Origin: Tolypothrix carrinoi HA7290-LM1
GTDB lineage: Bacteria; Cyanobacteriota; Cyanobacteriia; Cyanobacteriales; Nostocaceae
Length of the DNA: 17,432 nucleotides
Assembly: GCA_019358935.1 (NCBI GenBank)
Contig: JAHHIK010000143.1
Span: 1 to 17,432 of the forward strand
Direction of reading: 5' to 3'
Of the stretch, positions 7,328-16,978 are shown in pieces (positions within the stretch are counted from its first letter, which is position 1; each line of letters opens with the position of its first letter). The notes under the pieces were generated by a model. It was given only the letters and a program-made list of their open reading frames with translations. It did no database searches and was not told where the DNA came from. The position numbers and the translations under genes are program-made.

Positions 7328-7777
7328 TTAAACGTCACCGCGAATTTCTTCGACAACACCATCGCGCAGAACGATTTCGACTTGCATTTTGCTGATCAGG
7401 TTATCACCTGGTTCGACGCGGAAAAAGCCTTCCATTTGAAATTGGGGGACTTCCTGATCCAATTCCAGAAACTGCACTTGCTGGAGGTTTTGCAAACTTT
7501 GATTTTTTTGCTCTAGCAGTTCGCTTTTCTTTTGGTTGACTTGGACTTGGATATTTTCGATTTGTTGCAGGGTTTGGGGTCCTGGAGGTTGTAAACTCTG
7601 CTTTTGAATTTCAGCGATCGCTCTTTGTCCTTGAGTGTCTAGCTGTTGCAATTGCTGATCGGTTTGATTGATCTGCGTTTGCAGTTGCTGCTGTACTTCC
7701 TCTTTCCAAAGAGGTGTGACAATCACTTTGACGTTAACGACTCGCTTTAAAAGCAGTTGAGGTTTGGAGACATCCAT
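7328..7777 (-). CDS. YlqD-family coiled-coil protein, 149 aa
   Basis: LLLKRVVNVKVIVTPLWKEE, Gln-rich coiled coil, VEPGDNL...EIVLRDGVVEEIRG; sits directly downstream of aas. Confidence 0.88.
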   Translation of the reverse strand: MDVSKPQLLLKRVVNVKVIVTPLWKEEVQQQLQTQINQTDQQLQQLDTQGQRAIAEIQKQSLQPPGPQTLQQIENIQVQVNQKKSELLEQKNQSLQNLQQVQFLELDQEVPQFQMEGFFRVEPGDNLISKMQVEIVLRDGVVEEIRGDV

Positions 7778-7818
7778 AAAAGTTTCACGTTCACTCTATT
7801 TGTTTGCAATGGAAATTA

Positions 7819-9792
7819 TCAGGCAAACATGCCGTCAATAATATCGCGATAGCGTTCCATGACGACGTGACGACGAATTTTTAAGGTTTGTGTCATCATG
7901 CCATTTTCTATCGAAAACGGCTCCAGGATTAGTTTAAATGGACCAATACGGTCATCCGCTCGATAACCTGGACGATTTTGCACTTCCCGATTCAATTCTT
8001 GCCGAAATAAATCCTGGCTCATTTTACTCTCAAGGTTTATTTTTTGACTTGTCGTCTCGGTAACATTGTCGTCCTGTATACATAATTCTAGATTATGACT
8101 TTCTGCCCATTTTTGCAGAGCTTCTAAATTTGGTACAATCAAAGCACCTAAGCTGCGTTTATCTTGCCCTACAAGCATTATTTGGTCGATATAAGGCGAT
8201 CGCACGCACGCATCTTCAATCGGCTGTGGCTCGATATTTTCGCCGTTGCTTAAGACTATCGTATCCTTTGCCCTTCCAGTCAGCACTAAATCTTTTCCTG
8301 GTGTCACCCAACCCAAATCACCACTATCAAACCAACCTTCGGCATCAATTGCTTTTGCTGTCGCTTCCGGATTTTGGTAATATCCTTGCATAATTTGCGG
8401 TCCTTTCAACAGCACTAAACCTTTTTCCCCAGTTGGTAGCGGTTTACGAGTTTCTGGATCGACGATTTTATTTTCTGTACCCGGAAGTGGTTGTCCAGAT
8501 GAACCGCGTAAATTCCGCGAAGTACGACGCACATTTGTTACCGGAGATGTTTCTGTCAAGCCATAACCTTGTAAAATCTCGACGCCAATAATTTCAAAAA
8601 AATCATCGATGTGTTTGGGAAGCGCACCACCACCGCTAATCATCTGCTTAATTTTTCCTCCCGTGGCTTCTCGGACTTTGTTATAAATCAGTTTTTCTCC
8701 TAAGGCATGAAGGGGAAACAACGCAGATGCTTGTATACTTGCTGATAATCGATCAAGCGCTGATACATGAAGATGATCTAAACTCAAATTTTCCGCGATT
8801 CGCCGCGCTTTGATATACTTATCGCTAATCGCCAGTAACGACTTAATTAAACGTTGTTTGTTCTCAGGTTGTTCGCGAAACTGCTTTTGCACACCTTCAT
8901 AAATCGATTCCCACAAACGCGGTACACCCAGCATGTAATTAGGTTTAAATTCTTTTAAATCCTTTTTCACAGACCGCAAATTAGTGTAAACTTGGGTGCA
9001 ACCTTGAGAAAGTAAGTAATATTCAACTGTTCTTTCGTAAACGTGCCAGCTAGGAAGAATACTCAGGACAATATCTCCTATTTCTGGTTGTACGACTGTC
9101 CCAAAGGTGGTAACTTGGTGCATTAAATTACCATAACTAAGCATTACGCCTTTGGGTTTGCCGGTAGTGCCAGATGTGTAAATTAAAGTTGCTAAATCAT
9201 TGCGCTTTTGCCGCGCTGGTTGTAAAGTATGATTTGCCCCAGTTTCCATCAACTGCGAAAAGTTCAACACCTTCAAAGTTTCTTCTGGTGGTGTTTCATC
9301 ACTAAGCAAGATGATAAATTGAATTGGCAAATCGTTGAGCCTATCTTGAAGCTTCTTCAGTGTTTTTAAATCTTCCACTACCAGCGCTGTGCTACCACTA
9401 TTAGCGATGATAAATAGCAATTCTTCCTTTTCGGCTTGGGAACTACGCACCGCATCTACTCCCCCAGCCATCAGAATACCTTGATCGGCAATAAACCAGC
9501 GGGGACTGTTGTCGGCAATTAAAGTTAAGCGATCGCCTACTTTTACCCCCAATGCTTGCAAACCTGCGGCAAATTGCTTAATTTTTTCTAATAGCTGCGT
9601 ATGAGTAATCACAACTTCTGGTAAGACGTGAGGATCGCGCAAAGCGACAGTATCACCGCATCGTTTTGCTACCAAATCCCAAATTTCGGGCAACGTCTCC
9701 ACATTGGAAAAATCTGCCAAACGCTTTAATGCTTGGCGCTCTCGCTCAGAAATCTGAGAAAATATATCAGCAGTAACAGAAGTTTTCGACAT
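7819..9792 (-). CDS. aas: Long-chain acyl-ACP synthetase / long-chain fatty acid-CoA ligase, 657 aa
   Basis: AMP-binding YTSGTTGKPKG, GYGLTETSP, GWFDSGDLG, GRAKDTIVLSNGENIEP, TQTLKIRR; AGGAG Shine-Dalgarno upstream. Confidence 0.93.
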   Translation of the reverse strand: MSKTSVTADIFSQISERERQALKRLADFSNVETLPEIWDLVAKRCGDTVALRDPHVLPEVVITHTQLLEKIKQFAAGLQALGVKVGDRLTLIADNSPRWFIADQGILMAGGVDAVRSSQAEKEELLFIIANSGSTALVVEDLKTLKKLQDRLNDLPIQFIILLSDETPPEETLKVLNFSQLMETGANHTLQPARQKRNDLATLIYTSGTTGKPKGVMLSYGNLMHQVTTFGTVVQPEIGDIVLSILPSWHVYERTVEYYLLSQGCTQVYTNLRSVKKDLKEFKPNYMLGVPRLWESIYEGVQKQFREQPENKQRLIKSLLAISDKYIKARRIAENLSLDHLHVSALDRLSASIQASALFPLHALGEKLIYNKVREATGGKIKQMISGGGALPKHIDDFFEIIGVEILQGYGLTETSPVTNVRRTSRNLRGSSGQPLPGTENKIVDPETRKPLPTGEKGLVLLKGPQIMQGYYQNPEATAKAIDAEGWFDSGDLGWVTPGKDLVLTGRAKDTIVLSNGENIEPQPIEDACVRSPYIDQIMLVGQDKRSLGALIVPNLEALQKWAESHNLELCIQDDNVTETTSQKINLESKMSQDLFRQELNREVQNRPGYRADDRIGPFKLILEPFSIENGMMTQTLKIRRHVVMERYRDIIDGMFA

Positions 9793-9932
9793 TACACATC
9801 ATCTCCTAAATTATAATTTGTTGTGTTTCGGTACATCTGAGCTTATTTGACAAAAATAGCCGACTTGAAGATACATAACTACTTATGTTCATAAATAATT
9901 TCCAGATTTTCCTGAATATATTTAAAAAAATA

Positions 9933-9954
9933 TATGTTAATATTAGTTAACATA
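9933..9954. promoter_or_regulatory. Perfect 8-6-8 inverted repeat in the divergent aas/hypothetical promoter region
   Basis: TATGTTAA-TATTAG-TTAACATA. Confidence 0.35.
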
Positions 9955-10085
9955 GATTAAAAGTAATGAAACTTGCTTTTAACTGATTGTAACTAACAAC
10001 AATGACTGACGTGGAGAGTAAAGGATGAAAATTTTATACTTCATCCTTGAGTTGACCACCTATTACTAACAGGCGGCGATTACCT

Positions 10086-10328
10086 ATGGATTTGCTAGAT
10101 ATTATATTACTAACATCAATCAATATATTTGCTTGTCTTGCTTTCCCAAGGCTTCTATCTATCGCTTTTATTTGGAAAAGCGAGTATATTCAACGTTTGC
10201 AAATGTACTCAACAACACAGAAAACTAAATACGAAATTACCAGTTTTCCATATTGTACAAGTTACTCATTAACCGCCAGCCCGGTATGTAAGTTTCGTCC
10301 TAATTTCTGCGCGAAATGTTCTTCGTAA
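10086..10328 (+). CDS. Small hypothetical protein, 80 aa, hydrophobic N-terminus and Cys-rich C-terminus
   Basis: ATG ORF with upstream AGGCGG; N-terminal TM-like stretch; C-terminal C..CKFRPNFCAKC; followed by a REP-like hairpin. Confidence 0.55.
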   Translation: MDLLDIILLTSINIFACLAFPRLLSIAFIWKSEYIQRLQMYSTTQKTKYEITSFPYCTSYSLTASPVCKFRPNFCAKCSS

Positions 10329-10335
10329 AAAGTTC

Positions 10336-10357
10336 GTAGTGAGGACTAAAGTCCTCA
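10336..10357. repeat. GTAG-type REP-like hairpin
   Basis: GTAG-TGAGGACT-AA-AGTCCTCA. Confidence 0.65.
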
Positions 10358-10770
10358 TCTGATGACAAAAACGCTTAATTATGGTAGATTAAATTAATAT
10401 GGTAAAATGAGTCACTTTTGAATTAAAAAATTTTCTCTGCAAATAAAATATATTTTACCTTAACAAAACGTATCTTAATTATTTTTTATAATAACCAAAA
10501 GAAATTCTCACTATTGGATTTGTCAAATTTGAGTAATTATGCCTCAAACTAAAAATAGTAATCAACAATACTAAAAAAGGGGCAATGATTTATGGGTTTG
10601 ATGAATGGTATATTCATAACACTGATTTCTGCGATCGCTTGCCTTACCTTACCCAAGCTGCTATCTTTAATTTTGGTTCGAGGAACCCAACGCACTGCAC
10701 CGAAGTTGCCAATTGCCACAACAGCACAAAACACCTCTTCATAAGTTCCAAGTTTTCCTTAAACTGCATT

Positions 10771-10802
10771 GTAGGTTGGGTTTCAATGTGATGAAATCCA
10801 AC
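10771..10802. repeat. Degenerate GTAG-type REP-like hairpin
   Basis: GTAG-GTTGGGTTTCA-ATGTGA-TGAAATCCAAC. Confidence 0.6.
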
Positions 10803-10828
10803 GCTCGTAATTTTTGGATTTGGTTGTG

Positions 10829-10918
10829 GCGTAGACGCGGAGCGGTGAAGCAGCGCGGTCTTGGGGGTTTCCCCCATGAGCGACTGCTGAACCCGAAGGG
10901 CTTGTCGTCAGACATCGC
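10829..10918. repeat. HIP1 site split by a small dispersed repeat that itself contains a nested structured repeat
   Basis: GCG[TAGACGCGGAGCG{~55-bp structured insert}GCTTGTCGTCAGAC]ATCGC. Confidence 0.7.
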
Positions 10919-10924
10919 TTATAT

Positions 10925-11489
10925 TTAGTTAGGAAAAAATTTTTCTACACTGCAACTAAAACCCGGTAGTAACGTAGAAGTTATAGTATCATCACTAAAA
11001 AGAGTTACTGCCAACTTGAGTATACCTTGTTCGCGGCAGTAAACCTCTAATTTAGGCGATCGCCAATCCGCAATCCAATATTCTTTGACACCTCTTGAAG
11101 AATAAAGCTTCAGTTTTGCTTCTCTATCTCGTCTTTGGTCTTCTTTACTTACAGATAATACCTCAACTACCAACTCAGGAGCACCAGTTAAATGTCCCGC
11201 TTCATCTAACATCAGTGCCAAAGTTTCCTTGCTTACCCAAACCACATCCACAAATCACATTATCAGATTCGGAAAACAGAACACCGGGACCTAAAATTGT
11301 TTCTCCTAAACCACTAATTTCAGACCAAACATCGAGTTGGCGGAAAATTTTACCGCAAGTTTGCTGATGTCTAAAATGTGGTGCCCTGGTCACAAATAGT
11401 TCTCCATCAATTATCTCATATTGTGTCCCTTCATTTTCTGGGAGAAGTTCTAAATCTTGAATTGTTCAGCGTATTCCTTCTGTTAGCAT
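10925..11489 (-). pseudogene. Uma2 (DUF820)-family endonuclease pseudogene
   Basis: MLTEGIR*TIQDLELLPENEGTQYEIIDGELFVTRAPHFRHQ... with TGA at 11468-11466; frameshift near 11250-11256 (DNVI / DVVWVS); C-terminal APELVVEVLS...KLKLYSSRGVKEYWIADW...LLPGF. Confidence 0.9.
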
Positions 11490-11760
11490 ATAATTTTTCC
11501 GCTAACGCCTTTTGTGTAGATATCATATTGTAACGGAAGCATCCCATTTTTGCACCGAGGGCTATACATACAAAGCCTGCAATGTGCGCTGTGGTACACA
11601 AAAAATTCTCAGAGCAGTCAAGGTGGTTAAATGTTGCTGTTCCCAATGTGTGGGAAGTTCTAGAGGAAAATGAGAAGATAGATATTTTTTTGCCTGAAGC
11701 TTCTTAAATCAAAGATGGTGTGTTACGGCTAATTTAACTAAGTAAAGAAGACCAAAACTT

Positions 11761-11964
11761 ATGAAAATAAAAGCAATTATTCATCCCGCAGAAGAAGGTG
11801 GTTATTGGGCTGAAGTTCCAGCGCTCCCCGGTTGTATTACTGAGGGTGAGACGATGGAGGAGGTATTAATTAATTTAAAAGATGCAATAGAGGGCTGGTT
11901 GGAAGTCGCAAATAGTAGTCACCAACTCAAATCAAATGCTCAAATTGTCGAGATTGCGGTATGA
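11761..11964 (+). CDS. hicB: HicB-family antitoxin (short form without DNA-binding domain), 67 aa
   Basis: AEEGGYWAEVPALPGCITEGETMEEVLINLKDAIEGWL. Confidence 0.93.
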   Translation: MKIKAIIHPAEEGGYWAEVPALPGCITEGETMEEVLINLKDAIEGWLEVANSSHQLKSNAQIVEIAV

Positions 11965-12170
11965 AATCAATCTCTGGTAAAAACTTATGTAAAATTGTCG
12001 AACAGCGAGGTTAGGTTTTACAGAGAATTACAGGTAGCCATCACATTTACCAAAATTCTGATTTTGATAAAATACTTTCTATTCCTATTCATCGAAATCA
12101 AGACTTGAAAATCGGGACTTTAAAAGCATTGATGAAAATCGCCGATCTAACGGAAGAGGATTTGGCGTGA
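11961..12170 (+). pseudogene. hicA: HicA-family mRNA interferase toxin with one in-frame TAG
   Basis: MKSISGKNLCKIVEQRG*VLQRITGSHHIYQ...SIPIHRNQDLKIGTLKALMKIADLTEEDLA; ATGA overlap with the hicB stop; TAG at 12012-12014; GSH motif intact. Missed by the ORF track. Confidence 0.9.
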
Positions 12171-12374
12171 ATTAATTATGGTGGATTAGAGAGGTGCGCT
12201 GCAATTCATCAACTAATTTGTGGGAATAAACATAATCAATAGAGAAGCGAAAATTGTAAGGAAAGCGTATTAATTTCGCTCTTCTTTACGATCGATTAGC
12301 GATCGCCTAACTTATGCAAACTATTGAGAGATTGCGAGCGATCGCCGTGGTTGTGTCCCAGATTTTCCTCTCGC

Positions 12375-12836
12375 TCACAACAAAGGGGCTAGTAAATCTT
12401 TAGTCATGAGAAAACGGTCATGACGTTGATACCCGCTTCTGTGATAAAGACGTTGGGCATCAGGATTTTCAAAATCTACTTCCAAATGAAGTGCTTGGAC
12501 TCGCAAAACTCGGCAGGCATCCTCGACAAATACCAATGTTTGAGTTCCAATCCCTTGCCCGCGATACTTGGGGCGAAGGTAAAACTCGTCAATAAAGGCA
12601 TCTCGCCCCCGGTATTCCAAGCTGTAGCCAAGTGTCAAAATAATGTAGCCGATCGCATCATCTTCTTGCTGAATTAGCCACCCTTTCCCTAAAGACTCAT
12701 CAGTTAAAAATTGTGTGAGTACATCGCGATCAATATTTTCATCAAATGGCAAATTCTCATTGTGATGAAACTCTCGAACAAACTCTAAGAGAGTAGTAAG
12801 ATCGGCGATCGCTGCAACTCGATAGTTAATGGTCAC
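12375..12836 (-). CDS. GNAT-family N-acetyltransferase, 153 aa
   Basis: AFIDEFYLRPKYRGQGIGTQ, LEVDFENPDAQRLYHRSGY; GTG start with AGGAG upstream. Confidence 0.93.
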   Translation of the reverse strand: MTINYRVAAIADLTTLLEFVREFHHNENLPFDENIDRDVLTQFLTDESLGKGWLIQQEDDAIGYIILTLGYSLEYRGRDAFIDEFYLRPKYRGQGIGTQTLVFVEDACRVLRVQALHLEVDFENPDAQRLYHRSGYQRHDRFLMTKDLLAPLL

Positions 12837-12913
12837 AATATATCTCCTAAAATCGACAAAAGTTTGTTCTTATAGTCCCAGGTTTATAGCCTGCGGCCTT
12901 TTTTCAATTATTT

Positions 12914-15082
12914 TTATTTTAATTTCTTACTTTCCCGTCGCCATTTACCTCTAACCAAGCGAATTTCATCAAAACTATAATTGTCACCAAGATATTCTTT
13001 AATTGGTGTTAAAGCAATATCCCCAAGAATTTCTAATACTTGCAAAATTTTCTGCTGCTTTTCTAGCGGAACCAACAAATTTAAATCTACAGGCTGATTT
13101 TTATCAATTAAATCTGAAAGGTGACGGATGATTGTTGTGGGTCTAAAATTGCGCTTTTGAGCAATTTCTTCCACAGTTAAACCTTGTTGATGTAACTGTA
13201 AAGTCAAATATTCAGTCTCTGTAGGTAAAGCAATTAAAGGTGTAGAAGTAACATTAGCTTTTTCTGATGACAAACCAAGTTCAAGACAGTATGCGCGAAT
13301 TTCCTTGATAAATATCTCACCGTATTGAGCGAGTTTATGACTACCAACACCGGAAAGTTTACCAAATTCAGCGAGTGTTTTCGGCTTGGCTTGTGCCATC
13401 AATTTTAATGTAGAATCAAGAAAGACAACATAAGGTGGAACAGACTGTTCATCGGCTAGTTGTTTGCGAAGCGATCGCAATCGATAAACTAGCATTTCCA
13501 CTTCTGCGGCTTTTTCGCTATCACCTTCCCAAATCGGCTTTTGCGCGACGGTAATGGCTATAGAAACTGTGCGCTGTTTTCGCATGACTTCCCAACTCAA
13601 AGCGTTCAATTTCAAGACAGAGTAACCATCGGCAGTTTGTTCTAATAAGCCTTGATGTAAAAGCGATCGCCCTAACATTCGCCATTCATCGACGCTTTTA
13701 TCTTTGCCAATACCGTATGTAGAAAGTTTATCATGTTCGTTTTGAGTAATCTTTTGTGTTTTCGCTCCGCGCAACACATCTATTATATGAAGCATCCCAA
13801 ATCTTTCTTTACAACGCGCTACGCAAGATAGAAATTTCATCGCTTCAATTGTCCAATCTTGCACCGGTTTGGGAAAACGACAATTATCACAGTTACCGCA
13901 ATTACCCGGAAAACGTTCGCCAAAATAACCTAACTGAATTGTGCGTCGGCAATCTGTACCTTCCGCATAATCAATTACCTGACGTAATTGTTGTTTGGCG
14001 ATTAATTGTTCTTGCGGATCGGTTTTTTGATTAATACTCCATTCTATCGTTTTAATATCACCGTAACTGAAAAACATTGTACATCGAGATGCTTCCCCAT
14101 CTCTACCCGCTCTACCTGATTCTTGATAATAACTTTCTAAATTACGCGGTAAATCAAAGTGAATCACAAACCGGACATCCGGTTTATTAATTCCCATCCC
14201 AAAAGCGATAGTTGCAACCATCAAGCGCACATCATCGCGAATAAATCGAGTTTGATTGCTTGTGCGTTCTTCGTCAGTTAAACCTGCATGATAAGAAAGT
14301 GCAGCAACTTTATCATTTTGCAGTTTAAAAGTGAGTTCATCTACCTTTTTGCGCGTCAAACAATAGATGATTCCCGAACCTTCGTTTTCTCTAACAATTT
14401 CTAATATTTCCGCGTAAGCAGACTTCGTTTTCGAGCGAATTTCATAATAGAGATTTTGACGGTTGAAACTGGCAATATGAATACTTGGTCGCTTTAATCC
14501 CAGTTGTTGTATAATATCATTACGGACTCGATCTGTGGCTGTGGCGGTAAGCGCGAGAGTAGGTACATTTGGATAGCGTTTCCGCAGCGATCGCAACTGA
14601 CGGTATTCTGGACGAAAATCGTGTCCCCATTCTGAGACACAATGCGCTTCATCAATCGCAAAGGCAGAAATACCGACTTGGTGATGTACTAAATCGAGAA
14701 AAGGCAGAAATCTTTCACTTAATAAGCGTTCTGGGGCAACGTAGAGTAATTTAACTCTACCTTTGAGAATCGCTTCTTCACGCGATCGCGTTCTATAAGG
14801 GTCAAGACTGCTATTAAGAAATGTTGCCGAAATATTATTATTTCGCAATGATTCCACTTGGTCTTGCATCAAAGCTATCAGCGGGGATACTACCACCGTT
14901 AAGCCTTTTTTCAAGATAGCTGGTAGTTGAAAACACAGCGATTTTCCTCCCCCCGTAGGCATAACAATCAGTAAATCCCGATTTTGCAGCGCATCCTCGA
15001 TAATTTGCCGTTGTCCGGGGCGAAATTGATCGTAGCCAAAGTTGTATTTTAGCGCTTGTTCTAAATTGGGATACTGAAGCAT
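12914..15082 (-). CDS. recQ: ATP-dependent DNA helicase RecQ (helicase core, Zn/RQC, HRDC, C-terminal HTH), 722 aa
   Basis: [66 protein letters not shown]...CGNCDNC, HRDC VPPYVVF. Confidence 0.98.
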   Translation of the reverse strand: MLQYPNLEQALKYNFGYDQFRPGQRQIIEDALQNRDLLIVMPTGGGKSLCFQLPAILKKGLTVVVSPLIALMQDQVESLRNNNISATFLNSSLDPYRTRSREEAILKGRVKLLYVAPERLLSERFLPFLDLVHHQVGISAFAIDEAHCVSEWGHDFRPEYRQLRSLRKRYPNVPTLALTATATDRVRNDIIQQLGLKRPSIHIASFNRQNLYYEIRSKTKSAYAEILEIVRENEGSGIIYCLTRKKVDELTFKLQNDKVAALSYHAGLTDEERTSNQTRFIRDDVRLMVATIAFGMGINKPDVRFVIHFDLPRNLESYYQESGRAGRDGEASRCTMFFSYGDIKTIEWSINQKTDPQEQLIAKQQLRQVIDYAEGTDCRRTIQLGYFGERFPGNCGNCDNCRFPKPVQDWTIEAMKFLSCVARCKERFGMLHIIDVLRGAKTQKITQNEHDKLSTYGIGKDKSVDEWRMLGRSLLHQGLLEQTADGYSVLKLNALSWEVMRKQRTVSIAITVAQKPIWEGDSEKAAEVEMLVYRLRSLRKQLADEQSVPPYVVFLDSTLKLMAQAKPKTLAEFGKLSGVGSHKLAQYGEIFIKEIRAYCLELGLSSEKANVTSTPLIALPTETEYLTLQLHQQGLTVEEIAQKRNFRPTTIIRHLSDLIDKNQPVDLNLLVPLEKQQKILQVLEILGDIALTPIKEYLGDNYSFDEIRLVRGKWRRESKKLK

Positions 15083-15236
15083 AGCGATCGCTTTTTTGGG
15101 ACGTTTTGCCAGGGTAGTGACGAAGATATCAGGATTTTAACTCACATTAAATGGTATTACATTTATAGATGCATGGTTTACAGTCCCAAATTGTTCAGGA
15201 ATGCTAGTATTTCATTCATAGGATTATTCGTTCACT

Positions 15237-15746
15237 ATGACACAAGAATTAATAGAATTAAGACAAAGTATCTTAGAGCATCGTTATGATGATGCCCTAG
15301 AGATTATTGATGATTTAGAGGAGATGAGTAAACAGGCAACTCTGCGAAAAATAGAAGCTTTTTTAGTAAGATTATGTATTCATTTAATTAAAAACCAAAT
15401 TGAGCAACGTTTAACTAATTCTTGGATTGCTTCTATCTCTGATTCAGTAATTCAAGTTGCCAAATTAAATATTAAAGCTAATCAAAAATCTTATTATATT
15501 CAAGCTGATGACTGGTCAGAATATTTAGAAGAAGCAGTGGCAATGGGAATTCGACCAGCCAGCGCTGAGATTTTTGAAGGTACGTTAAAACCTAGCCAAG
15601 TTTCCCAAAGACTTAATCGAGAAACATTAATTAATATTGCTCAACAACTTTTACATTTAACTTATAAATATCATCCCAAAGACTTGGCAGATATTATTGA
15701 TAATTATTTAGCAGAATTACCAGGAGGAAAAGATTGGTTTGAGTAA
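15237..15746 (+). CDS. DUF29-family protein, 169 aa
   Basis: IIDDLEEMSKQ...IEAFLVRLCIHLIK...SWIASI; cyanobacterial MTQELxELRQSIL type. Confidence 0.8.
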   Translation: MTQELIELRQSILEHRYDDALEIIDDLEEMSKQATLRKIEAFLVRLCIHLIKNQIEQRLTNSWIASISDSVIQVAKLNIKANQKSYYIQADDWSEYLEEAVAMGIRPASAEIFEGTLKPSQVSQRLNRETLINIAQQLLHLTYKYHPKDLADIIDNYLAELPGGKDWFE

Positions 15747-15756
15747 ATTAAGTCTT

Positions 15757-15837
15757 GTAGGGTGCGTTATGGACGGAACGTCCTAACGCACCGCAAATCT
15801 TTGGTGGTGCCGTACTCTCGCCGATAACACACCCTAC
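15757..15837. repeat. GTAG...CTAC REP-like doublet between convergent DUF29 genes
   Basis: GTAGGGTGCGTTA-TGGACG..CGTCC-TAACGCACC ... GGTG...ATAACACACCCTAC. Confidence 0.75.
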
Positions 15838-15962
15838 GAAATGAGATTTGGGATGATTAAATCACTTGTGTGTACACCGTAGTTTTGGTAAGAAAAGGGA
15901 TGTCTCAGATTCTTTGAGGTTCAACGTTGGTGATTTGTTGAAGAATTGCTTTTGTGATATTT

Positions 15963-16409
15963 TTAAGAATGCCAAAAACTGTCAGCCAATAATATTTCTA
16001 CATCATTAGGGAAAGGGCAATCATCAGGAAATTTTGCATCATATTCCTTACTCATGTTTTTATATGCATTTTGATAACATTCATCACATATAGTTAAAAA
16101 ATAATTACCCAGACTAGGAGAATCTCGAAGAATACGGCTTAATTCCTGTTGTGTGCGGCTAATTGTTGCTTCCCAACCGCCATAACATTCTGGTAAATTT
16201 ACATAATTCCGTTTTAGGGCATGTTCAAATAAAGTTGTCAAACGACTTTCTAATTCACGTCTATCTCTCCTCCCCAATGCTTCTATTTCCTCAATTAAAT
16301 TTTCCCAGTCCACATTGCTATAATCTTGGGATTTTAAGCTGCTGACAGTCTGCTCAATCCACAAAGCAAAGTCTGTTTCATAAAGAGTTTTTACTGGTGA
16401 TTGAGTCAT
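15963..16409 (-). CDS. DUF29 domain-containing protein, 148 aa
   Basis: LYETDFALW...DWENLIEEIEALGRRDRRELESRL..L.EHALK...W...DSPSL...FPDDCPF. Confidence 0.92.
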   Translation of the reverse strand: MTQSPVKTLYETDFALWIEQTVSSLKSQDYSNVDWENLIEEIEALGRRDRRELESRLTTLFEHALKRNYVNLPECYGGWEATISRTQQELSRILRDSPSLGNYFLTICDECYQNAYKNMSKEYDAKFPDDCPFPNDVEILLADSFWHS

Positions 16410-16496
16410 AATGAATTAAAAACTTTAGGGTGTAGCAATAGTTTAACGTCAGGTCTAAATATTTGGCTCTAACGCTTCAGTATGCAGTCAAATTGC

Positions 16497-16524
16497 GCGT
16501 AGGCGAGCTTGTCGTAGACATCGC
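16497..16524. repeat. HIP1 site split by a 20-bp small dispersed repeat
   Basis: GCG[TAGGCGAGCTTGTCGTAGAC]ATCGC; related to the outer element at 10829-10918. Confidence 0.65.
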
Positions 16525-16582
16525 TATAATTTTAAAATAAGCTTAGATAGATTTAGACCAATTTTTATAACTGTTGTAACTG

Positions 16583-16816
16583 ATGACTACAAACACATAC
16601 TTTAACGCTAAAGTCAACAACGGTACAATCGAAATTCCCGTTGAGTATCAAGAGGAGATACGCAAAGCCGAAATGGTGCAAATTGTGATATTGAAACCTT
16701 CCTCAAAAAAGAAACGTTTTCCACAAACGGGTATTATAGCCCAGCTAACCGCAAATCCTATCCAGATAGCAGGTTTCAAACCACTCACCAGAGAAGAAGC
16801 AAATGAACGCTGGTGA
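16583..16816 (+). CDS. Small probable antitoxin (VapB-like position, AbrB-like N-terminus), 77 aa
   Basis: FNAKVNNGTIEIPVEY...FKPLTREEANER; overlaps the start of a PIN-like fragment. Confidence 0.7.
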   Translation: MTTNTYFNAKVNNGTIEIPVEYQEEIRKAEMVQIVILKPSSKKKRFPQTGIIAQLTANPIQIAGFKPLTREEANERW

Positions 16817-16856
16817 TTCGACACGATGCTTTGTTGATTCCAATATTTGGCTTTGA
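16803..16856 (+). pseudogene. Truncated PIN-domain (VapC-like) toxin N-terminus
   Basis: MNAGDSTRCFVDSNIWL*: the PIN first-strand motif hVD(S/T)N(I/V)W, overlapping the antitoxin stop; rest of gene missing. Confidence 0.65.
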
Positions 16857-16875
16857 TGAGCGAAAACATTTTGTT

Positions 16876-16955
16876 CCCCCCCCACACCCCACAACGCCAC
16901 ATCCTCCACTTGGGGAAACCCCAAGACCGGAGTGGCTCCCCCACACCCCACACCC
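16876..16955. repeat. (CCCCACA)n STRR carrying a structured small dispersed repeat (16894-16941)
   Basis: ACGCCAC-A-TCC-TCCA-CTTGGGG-AAA-CCCCAAG-ACC-GGA-GTGGC-TCCCC embedded in CCCCACA units. Confidence 0.75.
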
Positions 16956-16978
16956 AGGAGCGAAGCGACGATAACTCC

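Noticed and set aside
10549..10928. Four overlapping short ORFs
   Set aside because: Made largely of REP/SDR/HIP1 repeat sequence; no recognisable motif in any frame.
11431..11707. ORF 11431-11646 and a possible gene tail ...NVAVPNVWEVLEENEKIDIFLPEAS* on the plus strand
   Set aside because: The ORF overlaps the Uma2 pseudogene out of frame. The tail looks protein-like but has no clear start and I cannot assign a family.
783..14754. Short ORFs nested in or antisense to rtcB, the methyltransferases, pdhC, aas, GNAT and recQ
   Set aside because: Shadow frames of well-supported genes, with no independent motifs.
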